IMG/VR virus record: IMGVR_UViG_3300008120_010803
Location: 16,162-80,161 of that record
DNA: 64,000 nt
Source of the DNA: a virus
Strand: one strand, 5' to 3'
Below, piece after piece: positions 30,377 through 39,386 of the stretch. Each line of letters starts with the position of its first letter. Positions within the stretch are counted from its first letter, which is position 1. The position numbers and the translations under genes were made by a program. Under the pieces are notes generated by a model. That model was not told the DNA's origin. It was given only the letters and a program-made list of their open reading frames with translations, and ran no database searches.

Positions 30377-31705
30377 ATGATTGACTTGGAAGCCTTATGC
30401 GCTGAGTTTTTAAGTGTTGGTTCCAAAGAGCCTATTTTATTTTTAGACTGGTCCCCTTCTGATCCTGATTCAACTACCTTGGTTAATTTGGCCCTTAAAA
30501 TTCGTTTACAGAGCATTTCTGGCTATAGTCGTACTCTGGACCTGAATTCGGAAAATTCCTTTTCTATTCTGCGTTTAATCGAGTCTGTTTTTTCTTCTAA
30601 GAAAATTTTTATACTTGGATATAATTTTAAATCTTTATTTTCTTATTATCGTCGTGTCTGTCGATCTGAACTGGTTTTGACTAATGTAATTGATCTTTTT
30701 TGGTACGAGTCTTATAGGTCAATTGAATCTAGTAAGGGTAATATGAATTTGGGCTTATCTAATTTTAAATCTCTGATAAAAGATGCAGAAACATACAAGC
30801 TATATTCAAGTTACTATCGTGATTTAATAAGCAAAGTTGTTCCATTCATGGAATCTTTTCCTATATTGAATGATGATACTGGAACTATAGTCTATAGTAA
30901 TTATAACATTGAGGGGCAAGAGAATGGGAGGCTCTCATGTTCTTGCAATAAGAAGAATGTTTTCAATCCACATTCTTTAGGAGAAGAGAAGAAAAATCTT
31001 TTATTTTATAGTTCGAATTACAAGTATTTTATGCAATTCGACTATCGGAACATGGAAGTTGCGGTTTTGGCTGAATTGTCTGAAGACTCCGAGCTTCTTG
31101 ATATTGTAAAGTCTCCTGATAATAATGTATATTCAAAGATATTTGAAAAGGTTACTGGGGTAAAGAATCACGAAGATGCAAAAAATTTGGGTAAAAAAAT
31201 ATTTCTCCCGCTTATATATGGGCAGACCAAGAATGGCCTATCTAAGTCATTAGACATATCAATAGATCAGGCAGAAATATATTTTAATAACGCCAAAAAA
31301 TACTTCAAGAAAAGTTTTGATTATGTTGAAGCTGCACAAAATGAGGCTTCTTCTAAGGGTTATCTTGAAGACTGTTTCAGGAGAAAAAGATATTTCATAG
31401 ATGGGGAATCATATAAGGCAAGGAATTTTATAATACAATCTCCTTCTGCTTTAATTTGTTTGGAATCGTTGTTAAAATTGTATAGAGAAGCTCAAGATAT
31501 TTTCGCTGTTGCGTTTCATGTGCATGACGGATATTTCTTGGCAATTAAGAAAGACAGCATACAAGAAGCTTTTTATAGTGCAAAAAAGGCTCTTGAAGGT
31601 AAGTTGAACCTGATGCCAAATTTACAGTTAAAAACAACTGCAAAGTTGGGAAAAACGCTGGATAAAATGGTTTTACTTGAGAAAAGAAAAGAAGGTGTAA
31701 TTTGA
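30377..31705 (+). CDS. family A DNA polymerase-like protein, compact and divergent
   Basis: NGRLSCS, motif A FDYRNME, motif B GKKIFLPLIYG, ARNFIIQS, motif C HVHDG; only 442 aa. Confidence 0.85.
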   Translation: MIDLEALCAEFLSVGSKEPILFLDWSPSDPDSTTLVNLALKIRLQSISGYSRTLDLNSENSFSILRLIESVFSSKKIFILGYNFKSLFSYYRRVCRSELVLTNVIDLFWYESYRSIESSKGNMNLGLSNFKSLIKDAETYKLYSSYYRDLISKVVPFMESFPILNDDTGTIVYSNYNIEGQENGRLSCSCNKKNVFNPHSLGEEKKNLLFYSSNYKYFMQFDYRNMEVAVLAELSEDSELLDIVKSPDNNVYSKIFEKVTGVKNHEDAKNLGKKIFLPLIYGQTKNGLSKSLDISIDQAEIYFNNAKKYFKKSFDYVEAAQNEASSKGYLEDCFRRKRYFIDGESYKARNFIIQSPSALICLESLLKLYREAQDIFAVAFHVHDGYFLAIKKDSIQEAFYSAKKALEGKLNLMPNLQLKTTAKLGKTLDKMVLLEKRKEGVI

Positions 31706-32259
31706 GTTCAATATATTTAAATTTTCCGATCACATCTGAAGAGTATAAAAGTCTCGAAAAGAAATTTGGCCAGTTGTGTTATTATGCTGCATGGCAGTTA
31801 ACCCGCAAGAACTCCAATAATAATCATCAATGTGATCTGGATGATTTTCAACAGGAACTAATGCTTGCGGTACTTCGTGCTGGTTCATATTACAAGAGAC
31901 AAGTTTATATTGATAGTAGTTTTTCTGCTTTATTTGATAGCAAGATGGATAAAATTGCCAGAATGGTTTTGGAAGAATTGTTTGATTTATGGAAGAATCG
32001 TACTCGTCACGGCGCTAATCGGCAAAAATTTGGAGATCATCAAGAGAAAATTTTGGACAATTTGTGCGAATGCTATTTACGAGACTTCAGAATTCCTGAT
32101 AAAAAAAGAGAATTGATTTTTGATGCCAAGTTTTTTACCTATTGCAAACAAATAGTATGGAATGCACAGAGAAACCTTGGTAAAAAGATTACTAGGGAAA
32201 AGCCGATCCGAAGTGGTCAAGTAAGTTTGTCCGATCATGATTATCTTGTTTATGGGTGA
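31702..32259 (+). CDS. sigma-70 region-2-like protein with internal insertion
   Basis: DDFQQELMLAVLRA...AKFFTYCKQIVWN...VSLS; TTG start coupled to the polA-like stop. Confidence 0.55.
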   Translation: MSSIYLNFPITSEEYKSLEKKFGQLCYYAAWQLTRKNSNNNHQCDLDDFQQELMLAVLRAGSYYKRQVYIDSSFSALFDSKMDKIARMVLEELFDLWKNRTRHGANRQKFGDHQEKILDNLCECYLRDFRIPDKKRELIFDAKFFTYCKQIVWNAQRNLGKKITREKPIRSGQVSLSDHDYLVYG

Positions 32260-33770
32260 GTATGAGTGATTTAAGTGAATCTGAAAAACAAACTCTTACT
32301 TCACTTATAGCAAGTGCTCCTAAACCATCTAAATTCAAATGGGACGATAATTTTCAGCGAAGAATATTAGGTCTGATTCTCACAGATAGTTTTTTTCTGG
32401 TTCAAAGTAAATCATTGATTCAGGCAGAATATTTTACAAATGAAGCGCATGTTCAAATTTGCAGTACAATTTATGATTACCATGAAAAATACAAGTCCAT
32501 GCCTGAGAAGTTTGTTGTCAAACAACTTTTGTTGGAAAAAATAAAACAAAAACAAGAATCTGTAATACTTTACTATCAAAACGAATTAGAAAATATATAT
32601 GAAGCTTTTGTTCCCTCGACAGCATCTAGGGAAATACTGCTTGACAAGATATTGGTATTTGCGAAAACCCAAGCTCTGCGAATAGCCATGGATGTTTCGC
32701 AAAAGGATTTGAAGAAAGACCCAGAAAGCGAAGAAGTATGGACTAAAATATACGAGCGTTTTAGAGACGCTATGAATATAAATAAGAATTTTGAAATAGG
32801 ATTTGAATATTTCAAGGATATAGAATTATTCTTTGCTGATTTAGGTAAAGATACATGTGTCGAAGATACATTTACAAGTGGTTTTTCGAAGATAGACACC
32901 GCTCTTGCTGGCGGGGGCTGTAAGCGTGGAGAGATATTTGCGTGGATTGGTATGCCCGGAAAGGGCAAATCGTTGAGTCTTGTTAAGGCTGCTGTAGACA
33001 ATGTGAAGCGTGGCAAGAAGGTTATGTATCTGTCTGTAGAAATGGATTGTTATAGTATCGCCAAACGATTCACAAGTCAGTTCACATTCTTGCCCCATGT
33101 CAATCTTCTCAAGCATCGTGAAGAGATTGTCAATCTTTTGTCGATGGAAACAAGGAATTATACAGACAAGAATCGATTTCTAATCAAGCAGTTCCCATCT
33201 GGTCAGATAGATGTTAACGATATTGTTGCCTACTTGAATCAATTAGAGCTTTATGGATTCAGGCCAGACCTTCTCATAGTGGATTACCCCGGTGAAATGA
33301 AAGATGCTCCGGGTATTCCACAATGGGAAAGCAAATACAGAATCATGCGTGATTTGCGTGGCCTTGCAATTCAAAATAAAATGTGTGTTTTCACCGCAAT
33401 GCAGCCAAATAAAAATGCTGCAAATTTAGCAGAATCAGAGTTTATTGATGAAGGTACGATTGGTGGAAGCTTTGATCAATTCAAGCCTTTGGATGGTTTG
33501 TGGTCAATTAATCAGACGAATGATGAAACTTCTGCTGGATTCGGAAGAGTGTTTGTGGTAAAACACAGGAATGGAAGAAGTAGGTTTAGCTTTACTGTCA
33601 AATACAACAAAGAGAACTTGGATATATCAGAGTGCTCCGAAGGTTTGTATCGCATTGGAATGCACAATTACCAACAGGCTAAGTCTGGTGAAGTTAATTT
33701 AGACGGTGCGGTTGAAAACAAAAATTACGAACCCAAGAGTGAAGAAGAGGAGATAGATTATGCCGAGTGA
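32256..33770 (+). CDS. dnaB: replicative helicase (DnaB/gp41 family)
   Basis: TSGFSKID, GMPGKGKS, YLSVEM, IVDY, TAMQPN, VVKHRNG. Confidence 0.93.
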   Translation: MSMSDLSESEKQTLTSLIASAPKPSKFKWDDNFQRRILGLILTDSFFLVQSKSLIQAEYFTNEAHVQICSTIYDYHEKYKSMPEKFVVKQLLLEKIKQKQESVILYYQNELENIYEAFVPSTASREILLDKILVFAKTQALRIAMDVSQKDLKKDPESEEVWTKIYERFRDAMNINKNFEIGFEYFKDIELFFADLGKDTCVEDTFTSGFSKIDTALAGGGCKRGEIFAWIGMPGKGKSLSLVKAAVDNVKRGKKVMYLSVEMDCYSIAKRFTSQFTFLPHVNLLKHREEIVNLLSMETRNYTDKNRFLIKQFPSGQIDVNDIVAYLNQLELYGFRPDLLIVDYPGEMKDAPGIPQWESKYRIMRDLRGLAIQNKMCVFTAMQPNKNAANLAESEFIDEGTIGGSFDQFKPLDGLWSINQTNDETSAGFGRVFVVKHRNGRSRFSFTVKYNKENLDISECSEGLYRIGMHNYQQAKSGEVNLDGAVENKNYEPKSEEEEIDYAE

Positions 33771-34200
33771 AAATTTCAGAATTGGTGAGCAAACTTTTGA
33801 AATTAATGCTGAAAACCTCAAGTTTTCAGATGCGACCCTGAATACTTTTTTTGAAAAGATTTCAGGAATTACTGATTATGTTGGTGCTGCTTTGTCTGAA
33901 GCCACAAGACAGCACTCTTTGCTGGAAGCAAAATATAAACAAGATTACATAGGCAAGTTCAAGTTTTACAAGGAAGAGGGCAAGAGCGATAAAACCTCTG
34001 AGTTATATGCAGAGGGAGACCCTGATGTAGCTTTGGTAAAAGAAGCAGTCATAAATGCAAAATATATCAAAGATCGTCTGTATGCTCATTTAAATGCTCT
34101 TAACAATGCCAGAGATGATGCTCATAATCGTGGTCATATGTTGAGAAAAGAAATGGATAAATTGGATATGGACATAAAGATGGGTGTCGCTGGACTTTAA
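33760..34200 (+). CDS. UvsY-like recombination mediator
   Basis: 146-aa helical protein with SDK...YAEGDPDV pattern, in the replication cluster. Confidence 0.55.
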   Translation: MPSENFRIGEQTFEINAENLKFSDATLNTFFEKISGITDYVGAALSEATRQHSLLEAKYKQDYIGKFKFYKEEGKSDKTSELYAEGDPDVALVKEAVINAKYIKDRLYAHLNALNNARDDAHNRGHMLRKEMDKLDMDIKMGVAGL

Positions 34201-34209
34201 AAGGATTTA

Positions 34210-35010
34210 GTGATGCAAATTAAAAGGAAAACTGTAAGACAAGATGGAAAAATGTTTTGGGCTTACAGGTATAAACAAGGTCAGAAAAAGGAAGTATGGT
34301 TATCCCCAGATGTTTTTAAAAAATGGGATGAGACCAGAAGAAAATATGCAAGGAAGCAATACGATGAGTTCTTGAAAAAATATAAAAATGGTTCTCAAGA
34401 TAAAAAATATTGTAGAGGAGAACATGATCCAGAAACGGGATTGTATTTTATCCGTGTTTCAACTTGTGGCAAACCTGTATGGGGGTCCATTGAAGAGCTT
34501 CAAAAATACATAGGTCAAAATAGAAAAGCTAAAAGAAAATATTATTCACGATGCTCTAGTTTAAATCCTCCTTCCGTCTGCGTTGGTGATCCCCACCCAA
34601 CAACAGCAGGGCTTGTTGTTAAAAGAATTTATGGACATAAAGTTTATTATGGAACGATTGAAGAGGCAAAAAAGCATACAGATAGCAGAAAAGAAAGTTA
34701 TAAGAAATACAAGCAAAAAAATAAAGAGGCTATAAAACAAAGAAGTAAAAATATAAGAAATGCTAGAATGGAAAAAATTAAAATGAACCCTATTTTAAAA
34801 AGAAGGCGTGGAGATATCGATCCGGTCTTAGGAAAAATTTTTTGGGAATATAACTATCTCGGTAACGAAATTTGGCTACATAAAGATGATTTTGAAAAAA
34901 AACATGCCAAGATTAAACAAGATAGAAAAAAATATCATTTGAAGAGAAAAGAGGCAGGCAATGACAGAGGGAGCGTTTCAAACAAAAATAATCAGACCAT
35001 CATTTGTTGA
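34210..35010 (+). CDS. basic four-repeat putative DNA-binding protein
   Basis: Four ~55-65-aa repeats starting RKTVRQDGKMF / RGEHDPETGLYF / VGDPHPTTAGLV / RGDIDPVLGKIF. Confidence 0.6.
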   Translation: MMQIKRKTVRQDGKMFWAYRYKQGQKKEVWLSPDVFKKWDETRRKYARKQYDEFLKKYKNGSQDKKYCRGEHDPETGLYFIRVSTCGKPVWGSIEELQKYIGQNRKAKRKYYSRCSSLNPPSVCVGDPHPTTAGLVVKRIYGHKVYYGTIEEAKKHTDSRKESYKKYKQKNKEAIKQRSKNIRNARMEKIKMNPILKRRRGDIDPVLGKIFWEYNYLGNEIWLHKDDFEKKHAKIKQDRKKYHLKRKEAGNDRGSVSNKNNQTIIC

Positions 35011-35464
35011 TTACTTTATGGCTATTGCAACGATTGCCAGCAAAAGAAGTCATGATATGCAGACGCAGCATGGATGTGTCATAACCGATGATAAAAACAG
35101 AATTTTGAGCATCGGTTATAATGGATTTGCAAGGGGTATGAAGGACGATGAGTTGCCAAACTTAAGGCCAAAAAAGTACACATGGATGCTTCATGCAGAA
35201 AGAAATGCTTTAGCAAATTGTATGGTTAGGCCTGATGGTGGTATTGCATATGTTACTGGACAATGCTGCCTTGATTGTGGAATGGCTCTCTGGGAACATG
35301 GTATAAAAAAAATTTATATGATAGATGGGCATGGCACAGTTTTGTATGATGATGAAATGAAAGCTAATTGGAATACATTTATAGAACACACAGGTATTGA
35401 TGTACACAAAATCAAGCCAGATTTAGATTGGGCAAAATCAGTTTTTGATAAGTTTTGTAATTAG
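34961..35464 (+). CDS. dCMP deaminase
   Basis: RSHD...GCVI...GYNG...HAERNA...QCCLDC. Confidence 0.93.
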   Translation: MTEGAFQTKIIRPSFVDYFMAIATIASKRSHDMQTQHGCVITDDKNRILSIGYNGFARGMKDDELPNLRPKKYTWMLHAERNALANCMVRPDGGIAYVTGQCCLDCGMALWEHGIKKIYMIDGHGTVLYDDEMKANWNTFIEHTGIDVHKIKPDLDWAKSVFDKFCN

Positions 35465-35526
35465 TTTGTATTCTCTATTTGGATTTTTTCCAGCAATAGA
35501 ATAGAATTATTGGAGCGGAGCAAAAG

Positions 35527-36303
35527 ATGGGTTACGAAATACATTTTAAATATTACAATAAAAAGGAAAACTCCTTTGACTATGACTGTGATAATCCACA
35601 AATACTCAAAAAAGTATATGGGAAAATTGATGAGGATTATCCTATAGAAAAATTGATGTCTCATGTAAATACGCAATATGCAAGAAGAGACATTTTAGTT
35701 TTTGATGCTGATATCTACGAATTTGTAAGAAAAAAGATTACTTTCAAACAAACAAAAAATGGTTTTAACTTAAAGAACAAAAAATTTACGATTAAAAATG
35801 ACCCAATTTTTGATTACGAAGATGAAGATACAGATGCAGCGCCTGATGTTCCAGAATTAGGGCACAAACATTTACCAGAGCACCATCCTGTCGCACCGCC
35901 ACAGCCTGACTTGGTTCCAAGGCCTGCGCCTGTTGTGCAACAAACCAACATCAATCTAGCATCTGCACCGCCTCCTCCAAAACAAAAAAGAGTTATAAAA
36001 ACAGTTGTTTTTGCCCCGCTGACAGCAGAGGCAAGACAAAAGTTTCCTTATAAGTTCACTATTGACAAAAGGTATCCGGTATTTTCAGAAAAACTAATTA
36101 TGAATGGAGTTGGATTAATTATCGAGACTGTTGATGATCTTGGAAATACAGTACATGTAAATGATGAACTTTTTGTATCAGATGATATTAATTTAATTGG
36201 AGATAGTGAAGTTGATTTTTCGTCAAGATCAAAATCTAGTGTTGACAATAGATTGAACTGGAGTGGTGTTGTTAAAGACGGTAGTGTTCCAAAATTGAGG
36301 TGA
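35527..36303 (+). CDS. hypothetical protein
   Basis: 258 aa, Pro-rich linker, GGAG SD. Confidence 0.7.
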   Translation: MGYEIHFKYYNKKENSFDYDCDNPQILKKVYGKIDEDYPIEKLMSHVNTQYARRDILVFDADIYEFVRKKITFKQTKNGFNLKNKKFTIKNDPIFDYEDEDTDAAPDVPELGHKHLPEHHPVAPPQPDLVPRPAPVVQQTNINLASAPPPPKQKRVIKTVVFAPLTAEARQKFPYKFTIDKRYPVFSEKLIMNGVGLIIETVDDLGNTVHVNDELFVSDDINLIGDSEVDFSSRSKSSVDNRLNWSGVVKDGSVPKLR

Positions 36304-36307
36304 TGCC

Positions 36308-36670
36308 ATGAGCAAAGAAAGAAAAAAGTTACAGAAGAAGAAGGCTCGTCAAAAAGCTGTTAAGAAAAAAATTATTGAGAAGAGGCTCGAAGCCCGAAGA
36401 GAGGCAAAGCTCGTCCGTGAAAGAGATGAAGCTTATGAAAGAGCTTTTGCAAAAAAACAAAATTTGAATCTTTCCGCTGAAGAGATAAAGGAAAGACTTG
36501 AAAATAACATGAAAATTCTTGAAGCTTTGGAAGAAGAATATTTGAAAGAAAACCCAGACAACAAGAAGAATGTTGAAAGCGTAAAAGAACAACTTGAACT
36601 TCAAAAGGAAATGCTTGCTGCTGTAAAGGAAAAAGAAGAATCTTTACAAAATCAGAAAAATTCTGATTGA
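36308..36670 (+). CDS. charged coiled-coil hypothetical protein
   Basis: 120 aa K/E-rich; GAGGTG SD. Confidence 0.7.
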   Translation: MSKERKKLQKKKARQKAVKKKIIEKRLEARREAKLVRERDEAYERAFAKKQNLNLSAEEIKERLENNMKILEALEEEYLKENPDNKKNVESVKEQLELQKEMLAAVKEKEESLQNQKNSD

Positions 36671-36785
36671 AAATTGGCGTGATAATAATACAATAATTTA
36701 AGTTGTTTGTTTTAATGCATTCGTTGAATGCAGGCAATCAACTTGACAAATTTTACTTTTTTTACTTTTTTTACGAGGTTTACAC

Positions 36786-37763
36786 ATGAGTTACGAAATT
36801 GAAGATATTAACATGGAGCAAATGGGCCTAGAGGCTGCTGCCCTTAACAAAGAAACCACAGCGATGGATAACTTTGTTAAGATGCCCGAAAAAGAAGGAT
36901 ATGTCCTTCTTCGGTTGCTCCCAGCCCTAAAAGGCAAGTGGCATTTCTGCGCCACAAGAATTCACCGTCTTGGTGAATACCCCAATTCAAAAACTTTTCA
37001 TTGCCTTCGCCAAAGAGTCAAGACTCCAAAAGGTTTTATGTGGTTGAATCCCACAAACAACCCGAAGGATGACTGCCCAATTTGCCAAAAATATGGTGAA
37101 TTGTGGAAGATTGCCAACAACCAACATGGTGATGAGCAAATCCGTACCCAGAATACCGCCCGTGGCATCAAGCCAATCGAGCGATTTTACTGGAACACGA
37201 TTGTGCGCCAACAGCTGAATCCAAAAACCAATTCCATGGACACCAATGTTGGCCCCAAGGTATTTTCTTGCGGGAAGACCTTGCAGACCATCATAATTGA
37301 TTCCATCAATGGAAATCAAATAACCGGCTTGAAGAAGCTTGGCAATGTTCTCCATCCATCTGAAGGCAGAGACTTCCGATTGGTGAAGAAAATCAAGAAA
37401 GGCAACGGTGGGTTTGAATACCCTGACTATGCTCAAAGTAGCTTTGAGGACATTTCTCCTCTTGGCACAGATTCCGAAATCAAATCATGGCTTGCAAATC
37501 TCCATGATCTTGACAGTTTCAGGGTGTTGTTGCCTAGGGAAGAAATCATTGCTGCAATGGCTGAATTCTTCAACGGTGGCAATGAAAAGGCTGACTGGGA
37601 AGATGATTCCCCCAAGTCAGCTAAACCACAACCCGCAGCTGTAAAAGCAGCAACGCCAGCAGCTAAACCTGTTGCCAAAGCTGCTCCCAAGTCCGAGATC
37701 GAGGATTTAATCAATCTTGGAATGGATGACGAACTGCAAGCTGCCCTCGATAAGCTAGGCTGA
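36786..37763 (+). CDS. gp32-like single-stranded DNA-binding protein
   Basis: LRLLPA, H..C..CPIC Zn site, GPKVFSCGK, GRDFRLVK, YPDYAQSSF, acidic C-terminus. Confidence 0.9.
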   Translation: MSYEIEDINMEQMGLEAAALNKETTAMDNFVKMPEKEGYVLLRLLPALKGKWHFCATRIHRLGEYPNSKTFHCLRQRVKTPKGFMWLNPTNNPKDDCPICQKYGELWKIANNQHGDEQIRTQNTARGIKPIERFYWNTIVRQQLNPKTNSMDTNVGPKVFSCGKTLQTIIIDSINGNQITGLKKLGNVLHPSEGRDFRLVKKIKKGNGGFEYPDYAQSSFEDISPLGTDSEIKSWLANLHDLDSFRVLLPREEIIAAMAEFFNGGNEKADWEDDSPKSAKPQPAAVKAATPAAKPVAKAAPKSEIEDLINLGMDDELQAALDKLG

Positions 37764-37775
37764 TATTAATTTACC

Positions 37776-37807
37776 CGCACCAAGGAGTTGTTTGGCTCCT
37801 TGGTGCG
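37776..37807 (+). terminator. hairpin / terminator after ssb
   Basis: CGCACCAAGGAG-8 nt-CTCCTTGGTGCG, 12-bp stem. Confidence 0.7.
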
Positions 37808-37848
37808 TCCTTTCGTATTCTTTTTTTTAAAAATTTAGGAGATTTGAG

Positions 37849-39072
37849 ATGGCAAGAGCAAAAAAAGCTGATGCTGGCGATGACGATATTTTTGCAAGCC
37901 TCGCAAGCAATACTGGCGGTGAGGTAGTAGGGGAATCTGAAAAAGCCTCCAACTATTATATCGATACTGGCAATTTAGCAATTAATTATTGTTGTTCAGG
38001 AAGGTTTATCAAAGGTGGCGTTCCCGGTGGTCGTTTAACAGAGATATTCGGCCCCAGCGCTTCATCAAAGTCGTTATTGGGGACTAATTTACTCTTCGGT
38101 TGTCAGAAGCTTGGTGGCATACCGATATTGATTGATAGTGAAAACGCCATAAACAAGGATTTCATTAAGAAGGCCTCTCACGCTGACCTTAATAGAATTG
38201 TTAGATACACACCAGAAACGCTAGAAAAGTGTTTCCATGTCATGTATCTTGCAATTGAGCATATTCGTAGCAACAAGAAATATGCTGATAAGCCTATTGT
38301 AATAGTTTATGACTCTATTTCTGTTAGCCCTTGTGCCAGAGAATTCAGGGAGACTGATCTGCCTGAAGGATATACACAGGCTGATTTTAAACGCATAGTT
38401 GGCGGTAATGAGCAGCCGGGAGAACGGGCAAAGATTTGTAGCAAGGAGCTTAGAAAACTCAATACTATCATGGAAGAAAACAATGTTAGTGTTGTGATTA
38501 TGAATCAGATTAGAGATAAAATTGGAGTTCTATACGGAAATCCTGAAACAACCGCAGGCGGGGGCAACTCTTTGCCTTTTTATGCATCTTTGAGATTTCG
38601 CACTCAAACGCAGAAAAAGATTGAAGAAAAAGTGCCGGGACTTGCGAAGAAAAAAAGTATCGGCATCAACATCAAAATTAGCAACAAGAAAAACAGGAGT
38701 GTTAGACCTTTTATTGAGGTTGAGAACATTCCTCTATTCTTCGAAAAAGGAATTAATCCTATTGGCGGGCTTCTGGGAGCCCTGCTAGATGCGGATAGAA
38801 TAGTAGCTGGAGGTGCTGGCAACTTTACAGTCAGGCCGGAATATGCAAACGGAAAAGAAGGTTTTAAATTTAAATCAAGTATGGAAAGAAATGATGTTCC
38901 TATTGAAGTGCTAACAGAATGTCCGTCCTTGATCGATGCTAGCTCATCTGAGGAGGTTTTGGAATATCTTGAGCCATTCAAAGAGGCAATCAATGCTACT
39001 GACAATCCTGATGTTGAAGCATTTGATGCTGGCGATGGGGATGACGAAGAGATTGATAACATTCTAGGCTGA
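37849..39072 (+). CDS. recA: RecA/UvsX recombinase
   Basis: IDTGN, GRLTEIFGPSASSKS, IDSENA, VYDSI, NQIRDKIG..YGNPETTAGG..LPFYAS. Confidence 0.95.
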   Translation: MARAKKADAGDDDIFASLASNTGGEVVGESEKASNYYIDTGNLAINYCCSGRFIKGGVPGGRLTEIFGPSASSKSLLGTNLLFGCQKLGGIPILIDSENAINKDFIKKASHADLNRIVRYTPETLEKCFHVMYLAIEHIRSNKKYADKPIVIVYDSISVSPCAREFRETDLPEGYTQADFKRIVGGNEQPGERAKICSKELRKLNTIMEENNVSVVIMNQIRDKIGVLYGNPETTAGGGNSLPFYASLRFRTQTQKKIEEKVPGLAKKKSIGINIKISNKKNRSVRPFIEVENIPLFFEKGINPIGGLLGALLDADRIVAGGAGNFTVRPEYANGKEGFKFKSSMERNDVPIEVLTECPSLIDASSSEEVLEYLEPFKEAINATDNPDVEAFDAGDGDDEEIDNILG

Positions 39073-39086
39073 ACCTTGATTGTTGC

Positions 39087-39132
39087 AAAAAACAAGGACT
39101 TCCGGTACAATGCCGGGAGTCCTTGTTTTTTT
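39087..39132 (+). terminator. intrinsic terminator after recA
   Basis: AACAAGGACTTCCGGTA-caa-TGCCGGGAGTCCTTGTT plus T-run. Confidence 0.85.
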
Positions 39133-39143
39133 GGGGGAAAGGT

Positions 39144-39386
39144 ATGCAAGCCCAGACTACTGTTCAAGACGGCATCAAAGAAGTTTATTTCGAAATATTC
39201 AACGAAAAATTGTGCCCTGAAGATTTCGACATCTGCTTATCCAGCAAAGGAGTTGATAGTTTGGATATTGTTGATTTGATATATAATCTTGAAGATAAGT
39301 TCAATATTAAACTTGATATGAATAAAAAAGATTCTGCTAATTTAACATTATCAAATGTTGCAGACATGATCAAGGAGAGGATTTGA
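39144..39386 (+). CDS. acyl carrier protein-like
   Basis: 80 aa, acidic, GVDSLDIVDLIYNLEDKFNIKL phosphopantetheine-attachment motif. Confidence 0.85.
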   Translation: MQAQTTVQDGIKEVYFEIFNEKLCPEDFDICLSSKGVDSLDIVDLIYNLEDKFNIKLDMNKKDSANLTLSNVADMIKERI

